From contig JBHGNT010000010.1 of assembly GCA_043228905.1 (NCBI GenBank), positions 3,844,001-3,908,000 on the forward strand: DNA of 64,000 nucleotides, given 5' to 3'. This stretch comes from Azolla caroliniana (Eukaryota > Plantae > Polypodiophyta). Below, piece after piece: positions 60,363 through 64,000 of this stretch. The position numbers and the translations under genes were made by a program. The notes under the pieces were generated by a model, which saw nothing but the letters and a program-made list of their open reading frames with translations, made no database searches and was not told the DNA's origin. How positions within the stretch are numbered: position 1 is the stretch's first letter; each line of letters begins with the position of its first letter.

Positions 60363-60942
60363 TTTTGTTGGTAGTGTTGTGAACCTTGTCTTGCATTGGA
60401 TATTTGCGCGAGCCCAATACAAGTTGATATTTTTGTACATTTTTGTGAGCCCTCCTTAGAGTGAGGCCTCAACCATTTTTGTGTTGATCACGGCCAATCC
60501 ATTTTGGAAAACCCTCATTGAATCAATTCCCTATCCATATCAATGAGCCCCCTTTGAACCAATGCCTCGTTCATTTCAATGAGCCTATTCTAGTAGTAAT
60601 GTTCACAGTCTTGATTATTTACATGAGCCCAATATGAGCTTAGGCTTTGTCTAACTTTTGATTATCTTATCGATGCTTTGTTTCATTTTCACAAACCTTT
60701 CCTAGTTTTGTCTACCTTCAAGAGACATGCTAGGATCTTATTCTCTAACATGATTGTACTTGTGAACCTATAAAGAAAATTACCAATACTCTTGATAGAC
60801 ATGGAATTCCATCACGACTAACCAAAGAAGCCTTGCTTGCGTACTCGACACCATGATCTACTCACATCATCATCATAGATAAGGGAGGGTGAGACAAATT
60901 TGGGTATCATACTTGTACCAATTAAGATGACGGTCACATGAT

Positions 60943-61016
60943 TGCACAAAGCAAGGTTTGAACTCACAACCTTTTCATTTCAAGACCTGAAAAAGTGTCA
61001 AGTGAGCTAGCGGTGC
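60943..61016 (-). pseudogene. Possible degenerate tRNA-derived sequence (tRNA pseudogene or SINE head)
   Basis: The minus strand reads GCACCGC TAGCTCACTTG...AGGTTGTGAGTTCAAACC...GTGCA: A-box- and B-box-like motifs at tRNA spacing over 74 nt, with GCAC/GTGC ends. Stems are otherwise broken. Confidence 0.3.
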
Positions 61017-61458
61017 ATAAAGTGCATCCACAACATGAATGTCACATAATTGTGTTTAGCATTATGTGTCCAAGGTTTTCTACAAACATTTATTCTAAAG
61101 TGTTTACATAATTGTAGTCTAGTGGAAATAACGTAGTTGACGTAATGGAACTCTGGAAGTTTTGATATTAATAGTGGAAACATCGAAGGTCATGCATGCA
61201 CTCAATCACAACTGCATTACAATATTTCAATGTTCAGTATCCTCACACAACATCAAAGCTTGTGTTTGTGATACCTTTAGTTATTGGTATTTTCCTAGCG
61301 ACTCATAGCTCAGAACTTCATTCACTTGCTTCTCACCATCACAAGGTAATATTTGTGGATGATAATCCACTCATTTATTCACATTTTAGGCTTCACAATA
61401 ATGTTCAATTAAATTAGACAGGAACATTCGTCCATGAATGATAGCATTGGGATCATGA

Positions 61459-63968
<2,510 letters not shown>

Positions 63969-64000
63969 CTAAAATCCACCACACAAATTCCAATGATTTT

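Overview
Eukaryotic, non-seed land-plant DNA. A lycophyte or fern host is inferred from the WOX homeodomain and the retrotransposon lineages. (1) 1-28079 is a five-element LTR-retrotransposon nest, and every internal junction has a readable target-site duplication (TSD). Gypsy A contains Copia B; B contains Gypsy C (which contains chromovirus D) and, in its 3' LTR, Copia E. A/C have a -1 frameshift signal with a pseudoknot after the protease; C also shows a tRNA-Trp PBS and a 4-bp TSD. D looks self-priming and has its own -1 frameshift signal. (2) The nest landed in an intron-containing, prokaryote-type beta-class N6-adenine/N4-cytosine DNA methyltransferase gene (28082-29181, now a pseudogene). 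A second, more decayed paralog lies at ~33990-34453. This is the most novel signal in the window. (3) 30200-33739 is a second small nest: a Gypsy-family LTR, containing a Copia solo LTR, containing a 5'-truncated RTE/RTEX-like LINE. (4) A 4-exon, ~835-aa WOX homeobox gene lies on the minus strand (38882-41966). (5) About 19 kb of AT-rich intergenic DNA follows, with a truncated L1 LINE. (6) The last 8 exons of a urease gene lie on the minus strand (61459-63968). All calls come from manual reading; no database search was run.
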